Assembly (NCBI GenBank): GCA_963708075.1
Contig: OY970194.1
Span: 3,456,001-3,520,000, forward strand
Direction of reading: 5' to 3'
From: Sedimentisphaerales bacterium
Lineage (GTDB): Bacteria; Planctomycetota; Phycisphaerae; Sedimentisphaerales; Anaerobacaceae
Length of the DNA: 64,000 nucleotides
Under the pieces are notes generated by a model. That model was not told the DNA's origin and did no database searches. It worked only from the letters and a program-made list of their open reading frames with translations. Positions 31,408 through 41,349 of the stretch are shown here, one piece after another; the stretch's first letter is position 1; each line of letters opens with the position of its first letter. Made by a program: the position numbers and the translations under genes.

Positions 31408-31611
31408 CTCGTTGTTCTACACATCTTCTGGTTTGTCGTTGGCACCGGGGCCAAAGGTACTCAGTGCCCGCACCAGATTGCGCATCCATTACATACCCGA
31501 CTCGTAGGATGGGCTTTAGCCCATGCGGTTCTTGTGCTCCGGCAATTCCCAGACTGTCTGCATGGGCCATAGCCCATCTGTGTGCTGTTCCAAGATGTGT
31601 AGAGCAACCAG
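31408..31611. mobile_element. Second MITE with IS50/IS4-like ends (opposite orientation)
   Basis: CTCGTTGTTCTACACATCT (31408-31426) and AGATGTGTAGAGCAACCAG (31593-31611); flanks GGTGAGGCT / GGCGAGGCT (8/9 match). Confidence 0.75.
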
Positions 31612-31634
31612 GGCGAGGCTCGCCGCCGCCACCT

Positions 31635-32627
31635 TCAACTCACAAGGAAGCGACCTGCCAGCAGGTAGGCGAGCGCAGAGATGATGGCGGCCGCGGGAAT
31701 GGTCAGAATCCAGGCCCAGATGATGTTGTAGGCGACGCCCCAGCGGACGGCGCTAAGCCGTCGCAGCGACCCGACGCCCATGATCGCTCCGGTGATCGTA
31801 TGCGTCGTGCTGACGGGAATGCCGAAGCCGGAAGAGATCGCCAGCGTCATGGCCGCACCGGATTCGGCGGAAAAGCCATCCACCGGTTTCAGTTTCGCTA
31901 CTTTCTGGCCCATCGTCTTGACGATTCGCCAGCCGCCGAACATGGTGCCTAACGCGATGGACGCATGGCAGAGGAGCACGACATATAGCGGGACGTGAAA
32001 TTCGCCGGTCAGCAGGCCGGCGCTGAAAAGGAGACTGGCGATGATGCCCATCGTTTTCTGGGCATCGTTGCCGCCATGGCCCAGACTGTACAGTGCGGCC
32101 GAAACAAGCTGCCCCTTGCGGAACAGATGATCCACCTTGCCGGGCGTGGAATTGCGGCACACCCAGTAGACGGCGGTGCCCAGCACGATCCCCAGGACGA
32201 ATCCGAGGATGGGCGAGACGAAGATGAAGATCACCGTCTTGGTGATTCCGGACCAGACCAGAGCACTCGACCCGACCTTGACCAGGCCCGCACCGATCAT
32301 CCCCCCGATGAGAGCGTGAGAGGAACTGGTCGGCAGGCCCAGATACCAGGTGATGATATCCCACGAGCAGGCGCCCATCAAAGTGGCGAAGATGACGCCC
32401 TTATCCACAATCGCGATATCGATAATGCCTTTGCCAATCGTGTTGGCAACGTGCAGGCCAAAGAACAGGAAGGCAATGAAGTTGAAGAACGCCGCCCAGA
32501 TGACAGCCCAACGAGGCGTGAGAACCCGCGTCGAGACGATCGTGGCGATGGAATTGGCGGAATCGTGAAAGCCGTTGAGGAAATCGAAAAACAGGGCCAG
32601 GGCGATCAGCAAGAGGACAATCGTCAT
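31635..32627 (-). CDS. pit: PiT-family inorganic phosphate transporter
   Basis: NGFHDSANSIAT, GLPTSSSHALIGG, HGGNDAQKTMG, PVSTTH. Confidence 0.95.
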   Translation of the reverse strand: MTIVLLLIALALFFDFLNGFHDSANSIATIVSTRVLTPRWAVIWAAFFNFIAFLFFGLHVANTIGKGIIDIAIVDKGVIFATLMGACSWDIITWYLGLPTSSSHALIGGMIGAGLVKVGSSALVWSGITKTVIFIFVSPILGFVLGIVLGTAVYWVCRNSTPGKVDHLFRKGQLVSAALYSLGHGGNDAQKTMGIIASLLFSAGLLTGEFHVPLYVVLLCHASIALGTMFGGWRIVKTMGQKVAKLKPVDGFSAESGAAMTLAISSGFGIPVSTTHTITGAIMGVGSLRRLSAVRWGVAYNIIWAWILTIPAAAIISALAYLLAGRFLVS

Positions 32628-32689
32628 ACGTAAGCCTGCTTTACCTCTATGAAACCAGCTATTGATCTCATTGTGACACCGTCGTATAC

Positions 32690-33361
32690 CTAACGGATCA
32701 TCAGACGCAGATGATCGGCGGCGCGCTCGGCGTTCTCGGCCACTTCGTGCAACGCAGCACAGTACTTGTCCAGAAACATGACAGTCACCGGGTCAAGCTG
32801 TTTCTCAAGGTTGTAGACGTGCCGGGCGAACTCCACCTCACGTCGCCTGGCCTGGCCGCTGTTGTCGGTGATTCTCCGGATCGCGTCGAGCGAGTTCTGT
32901 GCTTCGGTATCTGTGCAGCCGCTCTTTGCTTCAGAGAAGAGCTCCTCTGCCAGATTCGTCGTCCGCCTGCTGACGTTGACGACCTCGGTGACGAGTGCCC
33001 GGAAATCATCTCGCAATTCGACGGGGACCACGGTCTTGCGTAGCACCAGCAACTCGGCGAAGGCCTGCGATGAGCCGGCCACCTTGTCCTGGCAGGCCAC
33101 GTATTGCCTGAATGCGTCCCCCCCTGCCGAGTGAAAATGCATGTCCTTGATCTGGCCGTACAGCGAGAGCCTGCTTTGGTCCGCTTCATCCCTGATTCTG
33201 CACATTTGCTCATGCAGGGTCCGTATCTTTTCGTAGTCCTCGGCGAGCAGCGCATCGGCCAGCGATTGGATCAATTCCACACTCTGATGGACTCGGCCGG
33301 AGTATTGGCGCAACTCCTGGACAAACAGAACCGGCTCGGAGATCATGTCGAACGCATCCAT
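32690..33361 (-). CDS. DUF47 (PhoU-like) phosphate transport regulator
   Basis: Helical protein (EAD..R, QDKVA, AENAERAAD.L) directly upstream of pit. Confidence 0.8.
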   Translation of the reverse strand: MDAFDMISEPVLFVQELRQYSGRVHQSVELIQSLADALLAEDYEKIRTLHEQMCRIRDEADQSRLSLYGQIKDMHFHSAGGDAFRQYVACQDKVAGSSQAFAELLVLRKTVVPVELRDDFRALVTEVVNVSRRTTNLAEELFSEAKSGCTDTEAQNSLDAIRRITDNSGQARRREVEFARHVYNLEKQLDPVTVMFLDKYCAALHEVAENAERAADHLRLMIR

Positions 33362-33993
33362 CGCAGGCTCCTGCAAACAATGACCTTGCAGCACGCAGAG
33401 ACGAAACCTGCCTTAATGTTTAACCCGGAAATGTTAGGATTGTGTTAGCGAAGTGTTAGAATTGAGTTAATCCCGTACCAGGCTCTGCCTGGGCGAGAGG
33501 TCGCCGAGGAAAAACGGAACCGCAGACGCCGTCCTGAGCGGAGCCGAAGGATGGACGCGGATATTGAAACCGCGAAATCTTGCCCTCGCGAAGTGCCTGT
33601 CCTCGACCTGATCACAGGCGGGGGACACGAACCATGCGAAAACTCTGCAAGCATGTCATTCCCGCCGAGGCGGGAATCCAGGTCTCTTTGCCACGAAGGA
33701 CGCGAAGATAATGGAACCGCTGATGAACGCAGATTCACAACCGGCAACTGCCTCTTCATTCCGCATTCCGCACTCCGAAATCCGCATTCCGCATTCTGGC
33801 TGCCAACTGTCAACCGAGCCCTGCCCCCTGCCTCATGGAGGATAGAGAATGAAAGGTGTCAGGTACGAATGGCGGCGCTTTCAGAAGATGGACAAGCTCA
33901 GAACCCCTTGTCTTTGAGCCAAGACCGCACATTTGCAGCGCTCAAAGCACCTTAAGGAACCGTCATTTGTGGATGCCCATAGTATTCTAGTAT

Positions 33994-34764
33994 CTAGACA
34001 CGGCCTCTTCCCTCTCTCTTGCGGGTCTTTCCGGGCGAAGTGTCCCTATCAGGAGAGTTGAGGACGGCGAACGGGCCGTGCAGTCTCCTCGCCGCGGCGT
34101 CGTACGCGAGCGCAGCCTCGAGCTCGGTGTCAAACTCGCCCAGGTAGGCCTGTTTGCCTCGCGCCTGAATCCCGGCGAACCACTTGTCCGAGCCTTTCCT
34201 CTGATAAACGCCTTTGTACCGTGACACGCCGTTGCGGTACCGTGTTTTGTTGAAGCTGTTCTCCTGCTTCGTGCAGTTGCGCAGGTTGCATGGTCGATTG
34301 TCCAGCCCTTCGTGGTTGATATGATCGCAGACCTTCCCCTCCGGCGTGCCCTTGACCTCCCGGTGCATCCACACCTTGCAGCACGTCCCCCTCTCCCAGA
34401 CCGTCCGCACCGCGTAGCACGTATGTGACCGCACCTGGCAATGCCAGCGATACTGCGACAGCCACGGATAATCCGCCGGATCGACCTTGGCGAACCGATG
34501 ATGCGTCAGCGGGATCTTGCAGTAGTCGCCCAGCTCGTCGCGATAGATCGGCAGATCGCCCCGGGCCCAGCGAATGTCCCCGGCCCCCGGGCAGTCCGCA
34601 CAGCGAAAGCACGCGCACACATCCCTCTTCCCGACCGCCGGCCAGCAGGCCTTGTGCGTCTTGCGGCTCACCAACGGCGGACTCTTCACGCACCGCAGCC
34701 GGCCCGCCACACGCCGGCTGAAGCAGCAATTCCCGCATTGTCTCGCAGTACGCGCTTGGCGCAT
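33994..34764 (-). CDS. HNH endonuclease with AP2 DNA-binding domain and Cys-rich N-terminus
   Basis: IPLT..RFAKVD..DY, MHRE, DHINH.GLDNR..NLR, SRYKGV, YLG.F.TE.EAA.AYD.AA. Confidence 0.9.
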   Translation of the reverse strand: MRQARTARQCGNCCFSRRVAGRLRCVKSPPLVSRKTHKACWPAVGKRDVCACFRCADCPGAGDIRWARGDLPIYRDELGDYCKIPLTHHRFAKVDPADYPWLSQYRWHCQVRSHTCYAVRTVWERGTCCKVWMHREVKGTPEGKVCDHINHEGLDNRPCNLRNCTKQENSFNKTRYRNGVSRYKGVYQRKGSDKWFAGIQARGKQAYLGEFDTELEAALAYDAAARRLHGPFAVLNSPDRDTSPGKTRKREGRGRV

Positions 34765-35668
34765 CGAGCGTCCTCGCGGAGGGCACGAAAATGCGTCCCT
34801 CCACTATGGGACGAAAGTGCGCAATTTGGTCGAAAAAAACGCATCCCCGCCCGCCCACGAAACGCATAACCCCTTACTGCCAAAGGAATAAAATAATTTG
34901 CTGTAGCAGGCGCTTTTCCTTCTAAACCGGCGCGAATCGTGCGAAAATCGACCGAAAGTGAGTCAGACCAACAGGGGTTTCTCGCCACTTTGGGCGTGAG
35001 AAGCCCGCAAATCCGAAATCCGAATGTCGAAATCCGAAACAAGCACATAAAGCACAAATGCCCCAGATTCAAAACAGGACCAAGCAAGCAACGCGTAGGG
35101 GCGGGTTTGAAACCCGCCCGTAGACCTCCCAAGCCAGTCCTCTTATGCATGGCATTCCCGCGAAGGGCCTGCCCTCGACCCTCGATCAGGTCGAGGGCAG
35201 GCTCTGATCGGGGGCGGGAATCCAGGTTTCTTAACCACAAAGTCCACGAAGAGCCCAGCGCGGCCTCCGGCCGCAACCAAATTCCCCTCGCGCAGAGACG
35301 CGGAGGCGCAGAGAAAGGCCGAGCCGCAACACGTTCTGTACTCTGCGTCTCTGCGTGAGACATAATTCATGTGGTTTCAGTAGCTTACGTGTCACCCTGT
35401 CGAAAAATCTGCGCAAGAAAACAAGATCCCAACAAGTAGTAGTACGAAGAAGACCCCCTGAAGAAGGCGCCTCTTGATAGCGGTATTTTCTTGATTTTCC
35501 CTTCCGGCGGGTCTACAATGCTCGGTAGCACGCCATGGATGGGGAACCACAGCACGGACCGCAGCGAGCGCTGTTGATAGTCTGAGTTGATACACGACTC
35601 AGGAGCGAGTGTTGGAGGTTGACGGTTTGCGGAACCGGGTTCTTCTGCAGGATGCCTCACCGGCTCGG

Positions 35669-36637
35669 ATGCCCCTGGTTGTTACTCGAAGCGTCGAATG
35701 CGTCCCACTCTCCGTGGAGAGCGTTCGCATAGCCAATATCGACCGGCTGCGGATCGTGGCGGCACTGGGAATCGTCTGGTTTCACACGCCGGCGGCGAAC
35801 TGGCGGGCGATAGGCTACAGCGGACTGCCTATCTTCCTGCTGCTCTTTGCCTCTCTCGTGACGAACCGAAGCCATCTGGACACCTCCCGGCGATTCCTGA
35901 AGCGGCGATGGAGTCGGCTGATCGTGCCCTGGCTGTTCTGGTCTGCCGTCTATGCCCTCTGCTCGCTCAGCAAAGCTCTCGGCTCGCACGATATATCCGA
36001 TGTATGGGCCGCGCTGTCCATCAAAACGATCTTCGTTGGCGCTCACATTCATCTGTGGTATCTGCCCTATGCGTTTGTGTGGGGGCTGATCCTCCATGCA
36101 GTCAGTGCCTGGACGCTCCGCATGTCCCATGCGGTTGTCGCGGCCGGGGCGGCAGTCTTCGGCCTTCTCACGCTGTCCGGGTACGTGCTGGTGATATCGG
36201 GCGGCGCCCTCCCCGCCCCGTTGTCTCAATGGGCGTTTGCCGCCCCTGCAATCCCCTTGGGGTTTGCCATCGGCCGGTGCCAGATGATCCGCGACGAACG
36301 TACCCGGCGACTGTTGCTGCTGCTGATCGCCCTGGCCGGCGGTCTGGTGTGTTTGGCGATTCGCTCCGCGGGCTTCATCTCGCCCGCCATACCCTACGGA
36401 CTTGCCACGATTCTTGTCTGTCTGGCGTACGTGTTTCCGGGCCGAACGGACAGTATCGTATCCTGGGCGGCCCCACTGACGTTTGGGATCTACGTTCTGC
36501 ATCCGCTGGTCGATTATGGTGCCAGGCACTTCCTTGCTGCCCGGATGTACCCGGGCCCGTTCATCGTTTCTGTATTCTGCCTGTCTGCGTTGGTGACTTG
36601 CGTTCTTCTGCGTACGCCGTTGAGGAGGTTCTTCTGA
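35669..36637 (+). CDS. Acyltransferase-3 family membrane protein
   Basis: IDRLR..AALGIVWFH, RL..PWLFWS, HLWYLP, TFGIYVLHP; start uncertain. Confidence 0.88.
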   Translation: MPLVVTRSVECVPLSVESVRIANIDRLRIVAALGIVWFHTPAANWRAIGYSGLPIFLLLFASLVTNRSHLDTSRRFLKRRWSRLIVPWLFWSAVYALCSLSKALGSHDISDVWAALSIKTIFVGAHIHLWYLPYAFVWGLILHAVSAWTLRMSHAVVAAGAAVFGLLTLSGYVLVISGGALPAPLSQWAFAAPAIPLGFAIGRCQMIRDERTRRLLLLLIALAGGLVCLAIRSAGFISPAIPYGLATILVCLAYVFPGRTDSIVSWAAPLTFGIYVLHPLVDYGARHFLAARMYPGPFIVSVFCLSALVTCVLLRTPLRRFF

Positions 36638-36750
36638 TGGAGGAGAACTTGACAAGATCGCCCCTTGGGGCGAGACTGCTGGCGATCATCCTGGCAGCCG
36701 CCGTGTTCGTGGGAACCATCATACTGCTGCAACTGTGGCGGGACTTGTGA
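36637..36750 (+). CDS. 37-aa single-TM peptide
   Basis: ATG overlaps the upstream TGA; GAGGAGG RBS; MEENLTRSPLGARLLAIILAAAVFVGTIILLQLWRDL. Confidence 0.45.
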   Translation: MEENLTRSPLGARLLAIILAAAVFVGTIILLQLWRDL

Positions 36751-36952
36751 ATATGCAGGAATCGACTTTGATCCTTCTCGTGTGCGCCATCCTCGGCGGC
36801 TCCGCGATTACCTGTACGGGCGTCTGGTGCGCCTCTGATCGGTACACCTGCGTTTCCGTGGGCAACAGCCGAGCTTATGAGATCGAGAGGTGATCTGGGG
36901 ACACAATACTTAATTCCCACCCGAGATAAGTAATGTGTCCCCGGAATTCCCT

Positions 36953-39550
36953 TCACGGTTTATCGAAAGCGCTGCCGTCGAGCTTATCGTGTAGTTGCAT
37001 ATCGTAGCGCTCTTCTTCTTGGACTGCCAGGTCATTGCCATATCGTGTCATCCATATTAGCTTGGCCGCGTACTTGATACCGCCCGTCTCCTTATATTCG
37101 CTGAAAACCCTCTCCTCAGGCGGGGAGCCTTTGATTCTAGTGCCCATCTTCACTAGCAAGCCGCTTTCGTTGTCAAAGAACAATTCAAATTCAACATCGC
37201 GAAGATCTCTGTGGGTCACTTTGATGCCCAGCGCCTCCCGGCTATCAATCCGGCTTTCTCCCAGCGGCGACAAGGTAAGGGCTTTGTCGGTGAGGTCAAG
37301 CCGCAGCGCTATCCAGTGTCCGTAATTCTCTTGGCGGAGACCCGTGAGCTCGTCATCACGAAAAGTTATCAAACTCATTTCACGGTTCCGAAACCATCCC
37401 TTGTCCCCATTTAGTACGAGAGTTGTCGTGAATCGTTGGCCGTTCTCGTCATAGTCCTTCGCCTTGCGATATTGCTTCGGACCTTGCATTGCCCACTCAC
37501 TGGTGAAATGACGAGTAGTACCCTTGAACCGGTATGTGCCCTTGCTCTTCCACGTCACCGCCTTGAACTCGGTCAGCTTGGCTTCACCGCCCATGGCCTG
37601 GATGGCTTTGTCAATAATCGCCCGCGCTTCGGCTTGCTCATCGGCCCGACTGGGGACGACGCCACCAAGCAGCAGGACTGACTCGACGCCTTCAGCGGCA
37701 TTGATACTATCGGAAATCGGTCGCCTCCAAACGCCGCCGCCGTGAGTCCCGGCAAAGAGATTCGTGCCGCTCACCGCAAGGGTGTACACCGTGGTGTTCG
37801 TCAAGCCGGTATTGACTGCAGTCCAGCTTGTGCCGTTGTTGGTCGAGCCAAAAACGCCGCCTTCAGTCCCTGCAAAGAGATTCGTGCCGCTCGCCGCAAG
37901 GGCGGAAACATTTGTGTTCGTCAAGCCGGTACTGACCTCTGTCCAGCTTGTGCCGTTGTTGGTCGAGAGAAAGAGGCCGCTGTCGTAAGTCCCTGCAAAA
38001 AGACTCGTGCCGCTCACCGCAAGGGCGGAAATATTTGTGTTCGTCAAGCCGGTATTGACCTCGGTCCAGCTTGTGCCGTTGTTGATCGAGAGAAAGAGGC
38101 CGCTGTCGTAAGTCCCTGCAAAAAGACTCGTGCCGCTCACCGCAAGGGCGGATACATTTCTGTTCGTCAAGCCGGTCGCAGTCCAGCTTGTCCCGTTATT
38201 GGTCGAGAGAAAAACGCCGCCGCCGTAGGTCCCTGCAAAGAGATTTTCCGATGAGTCGTGACTCACCGCAAAGGCGCGGACTTGAAGGTTCGTCAAGCCG
38301 TTAGTGACCACAGTCCAGTTTGTGCCATTGTTGGTCGAGAGAAAAACGCCGCCGCCGGCAGTCCCGGCGAAGAGATTCGCGCCGCTCACCGCAAGGGCGA
38401 AGACCCAACTGTGCGTGCCGTGCTCCGAAAGGTGAGGGACAGAAGTGTCCGGTAAGCCTGTTTTGACGGCAGTCCAGCTTGTGCCATTGTTGGTCGAGAG
38501 AAAGACTCCACCGCCGTAAATCCCTGCAAAGAGATTCGTGCCGATCACCGCAAGGGCACGGACGGAAGTGGCCGTCAGGCCGTTATTGACCTCAGTCCAG
38601 CTTGTGCCGTTGTTGGTAGAGCGAAAAACGCCGCCGCCGTAAGTCCCTGCAAAGAGATTTGAGCCGCCTGCCCTGTTGGAGCTCACCGCAAGGGCGTGAA
38701 CTTGAAGGTGCGTCAAGCCGTCATTGACCGGGGTCCAGCTTGTGCCATCGTTCGTCGAGCGAAAAAGGCCGCCACTACAGGTCCCAGCAAAGAGATTCGT
38801 GTCGCCTGCCCCGTTGGAGTTCACGGCAAGCGAGTTAAGGTGAAGATGAGTCAAACCGTTATTGACCGCAGTCCAACTCGTGCCGTTGTTGGTGGAGCTA
38901 AAGACGCCACCGCCCCAAGTCCCTGCAAGGAGATTCCCGCCGCTCACCGCAAGGGCACGGACAAAAGTGTTCGTCAAGCCCTTATTGACCTCAGTCCAGC
39001 TTGTGCCGTTGTTGGTAGAGAGAAAGACACCACCATTTCCCGTCCCTGCAAAGAGATTCCTGCCGCTCACCGCAAGGGCGAAAACATTGGTGTTCGTCAA
39101 GCCGTTATTGACCGCCGTCCAGTTTGTGCCGTTGTTGGTGGAGAGAAAAACGCCGCCTTCTGTCCCGGCAAAGAGATTCGTGGCGCTCACCGCAAGGGCG
39201 AAAACATTGGTGTTCGTCAAGCCGTTATTGACCGCCGTCCAGCTTGTGCCCTTGTTGGTCGAAAGAAAGACGCCGTCTTCGAGAGTCCCTGCAAAGAGAT
39301 TCGTGCCGCTAACCGCAACGGCGCAAACCCAGGCTCTCGTCAAGCCGGTCGCAGTCCAGCTTGTGCCATTATTCGTTGAGAGAAACACACCACCACCACC
39401 AGTCCCGGCAAAGAGATTCGTGCCACTCACGGCAAGACTATTTATCATACCACCGTAGGGGCCGTTTGTTTGAACCCATTGAGCGGGAGCAACGCCTGCG
39501 GGCATCAGTGAAAGAAAGAACAGGACCAGAATAGTTCGTACTTTATGCAT
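36953..39550 (-). CDS. Secreted BNR/Asp-box repeat beta-propeller fused to an unrelated C-terminal domain
   Basis: About 14 repeats of ALAVSGTNLFAGT.GGGVFLSTNNGTSWT, then ~230 aa starting DEQAEARAIIDKAIQAMGG. Confidence 0.88.
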   Translation of the reverse strand: MHKVRTILVLFFLSLMPAGVAPAQWVQTNGPYGGMINSLAVSGTNLFAGTGGGGVFLSTNNGTSWTATGLTRAWVCAVAVSGTNLFAGTLEDGVFLSTNKGTSWTAVNNGLTNTNVFALAVSATNLFAGTEGGVFLSTNNGTNWTAVNNGLTNTNVFALAVSGRNLFAGTGNGGVFLSTNNGTSWTEVNKGLTNTFVRALAVSGGNLLAGTWGGGVFSSTNNGTSWTAVNNGLTHLHLNSLAVNSNGAGDTNLFAGTCSGGLFRSTNDGTSWTPVNDGLTHLQVHALAVSSNRAGGSNLFAGTYGGGVFRSTNNGTSWTEVNNGLTATSVRALAVIGTNLFAGIYGGGVFLSTNNGTSWTAVKTGLPDTSVPHLSEHGTHSWVFALAVSGANLFAGTAGGGVFLSTNNGTNWTVVTNGLTNLQVRAFAVSHDSSENLFAGTYGGGVFLSTNNGTSWTATGLTNRNVSALAVSGTSLFAGTYDSGLFLSINNGTSWTEVNTGLTNTNISALAVSGTSLFAGTYDSGLFLSTNNGTSWTEVSTGLTNTNVSALAASGTNLFAGTEGGVFGSTNNGTSWTAVNTGLTNTTVYTLAVSGTNLFAGTHGGGVWRRPISDSINAAEGVESVLLLGGVVPSRADEQAEARAIIDKAIQAMGGEAKLTEFKAVTWKSKGTYRFKGTTRHFTSEWAMQGPKQYRKAKDYDENGQRFTTTLVLNGDKGWFRNREMSLITFRDDELTGLRQENYGHWIALRLDLTDKALTLSPLGESRIDSREALGIKVTHRDLRDVEFELFFDNESGLLVKMGTRIKGSPPEERVFSEYKETGGIKYAAKLIWMTRYGNDLAVQEEERYDMQLHDKLDGSAFDKP

Positions 39551-40131
39551 AGGAATACCGCGGACAGTCACCTGTTATCTCCTTCTCTTGTCGCATTTTT
39601 CCCTCGGCTCTCGGACTTCCGCGGCCAGCCCACTCATTTTGGCCTCACCACATCGATCCGGCCCGCGGCGGGCCGCAACTCTCATTTGTCGTAGCAGCAT
39701 CAGGGGTGTGTCTCTGGGGACCATTATGCGAAGCGCCTGCGCAGCAGGCAAGGAAAAAAGACAGTTCCCGGTGGTCGGATGCGGCCGCCATTCGGTGGCG
39801 GATTCGGGGCTCCGCGTAGGACGAGCGTCCTCGCTCGTCCTCTTTCGGCTGTGGCCTTGTACAGGATCCAGCCCGTTGCAAGGGCCCGGACTGGTCGTGC
39901 GGGGACGCACGACCCCCGATCAGGTCGGGGGCAGGCTCTACGAAGAGGCTCGCCGACTGCCACCGTATTCCGACCACACCCGGCGGTCAGTTGACAGTTG
40001 CCGGCCAGAATGCGGAGCCGCGCGGGACGCGCAATGCGGAATTGGGAGTGCGGAGAACTAGGACAGTCACCTATTAAGGACAGCCATCATCGGTGAGTGT
40101 CATCCATAGTGGCCGATCAGTGATTTGCCTC

Positions 40132-41349
40132 TCAGGCCTCCGCGTCGGCAAACTCGTCTGAATCCACGTAGATCTCGGCCTTTCGGCCGAAGACCGACAG
40201 GACTTTGCCCGTCATAAAGCCGGCCGCCAGAGCGATCACGACCGTTGTGACAATGCCCTTGATCTGCGTTGTCTTGTCGAGCCCGTTGACCACGAACATC
40301 GCCGCCACGCCGCCCACCAGACCCGGCCAGCCGTGCAGGTTCAGAACGCCGCACGTATCGATGCTCTTGAGCTTGTTCTGAAGCTTGCCCTGAACGACTG
40401 CGAACCCGAACGTCGAGACTATCCCGGCAAGTACGCCGATGACAAATGCCGTCGGGTGATTCGCGTGGTCGCACGTCGAGCCGATGGCCACACCGCCCGC
40501 CAGCGAGGCATTGGCGATATCCGCGACATTGATCTTGCCGTGGCGAAGGACGACGGATGCCAAATAGGTCGCGAGTGTAGCTCCGCACAGCGCCAGCACG
40601 ACGTTGACGGCCGTGAAGGGGATCAACTCCGGAGCCACGAGCGCCGCACAGAAGCTCGGCCAGAATACCCATAGCACCATGCTCCCGAGCATCGAGAAAC
40701 GGTCGCTGGTCACGTCGCACTCGATCTTCTCGGAGAACTCGCGTGCAGTCGTCATCGTCAGGATGACGCCCAATCCGAAGAGGGCTCCGAAGGCGTGGAT
40801 GACAATCGAGCCGCCGGTATCCGCGAAGCCACCGGCGACCAGCCCGAGCCCGCCCTTGAGCACGACCCACTCATTCAGCATGTAGCAGACGATGAAGAGG
40901 AAGCCCAGCACCATGTACTGCCCCATTTTCAGTCTTCCGAGCACCGCGCCGGCGCATATCAGCAGGCTTGCCGCCCCGAACTCGGCCAGAATGAGTCTGT
41001 CGATCTCTACTGCCTCCGACTTGCCGAATATCCCCAGGCTGTTGACAAGGAAATAGACCGGGATCGCCACGCTCACGAGCAGGTACGTTGCCGTCACGGC
41101 CGAGCGCCCATACTTCTTCACGAACACCATCAGGAAACCGAAGCCCACCAGGAGCATGGCCATGATATGGATGCTGCGGTTGTACTTTTGCACGTCCAGC
41201 AACGAAGAGAGCTGTCCTGTGGTTGCCGGTTCAGCCGCCCGGATGCTTGCCGTGCCCTGTGCTGTGTCCACAGCCCAAAGCGTTCGCGTACACATGAGCA
41301 TGACCGCGATACCAAGGATCGCGCACACCCCGACCGTTCCCTTTTTCAT
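40132..41349 (-). CDS. Rhesus (Rh50)-type ammonium/gas channel of the Amt/Mep/Rh family
   Basis: Rh signatures HIMAMLLVGFGFLM, DTGGSIVIHAFGALFG, SDRFSMLGS..LW.FWPSF, NASLAGGVAIG, DTCGVLNLHG.PG. Confidence 0.88.
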   Translation of the reverse strand: MKKGTVGVCAILGIAVMLMCTRTLWAVDTAQGTASIRAAEPATTGQLSSLLDVQKYNRSIHIMAMLLVGFGFLMVFVKKYGRSAVTATYLLVSVAIPVYFLVNSLGIFGKSEAVEIDRLILAEFGAASLLICAGAVLGRLKMGQYMVLGFLFIVCYMLNEWVVLKGGLGLVAGGFADTGGSIVIHAFGALFGLGVILTMTTAREFSEKIECDVTSDRFSMLGSMVLWVFWPSFCAALVAPELIPFTAVNVVLALCGATLATYLASVVLRHGKINVADIANASLAGGVAIGSTCDHANHPTAFVIGVLAGIVSTFGFAVVQGKLQNKLKSIDTCGVLNLHGWPGLVGGVAAMFVVNGLDKTTQIKGIVTTVVIALAAGFMTGKVLSVFGRKAEIYVDSDEFADAEA

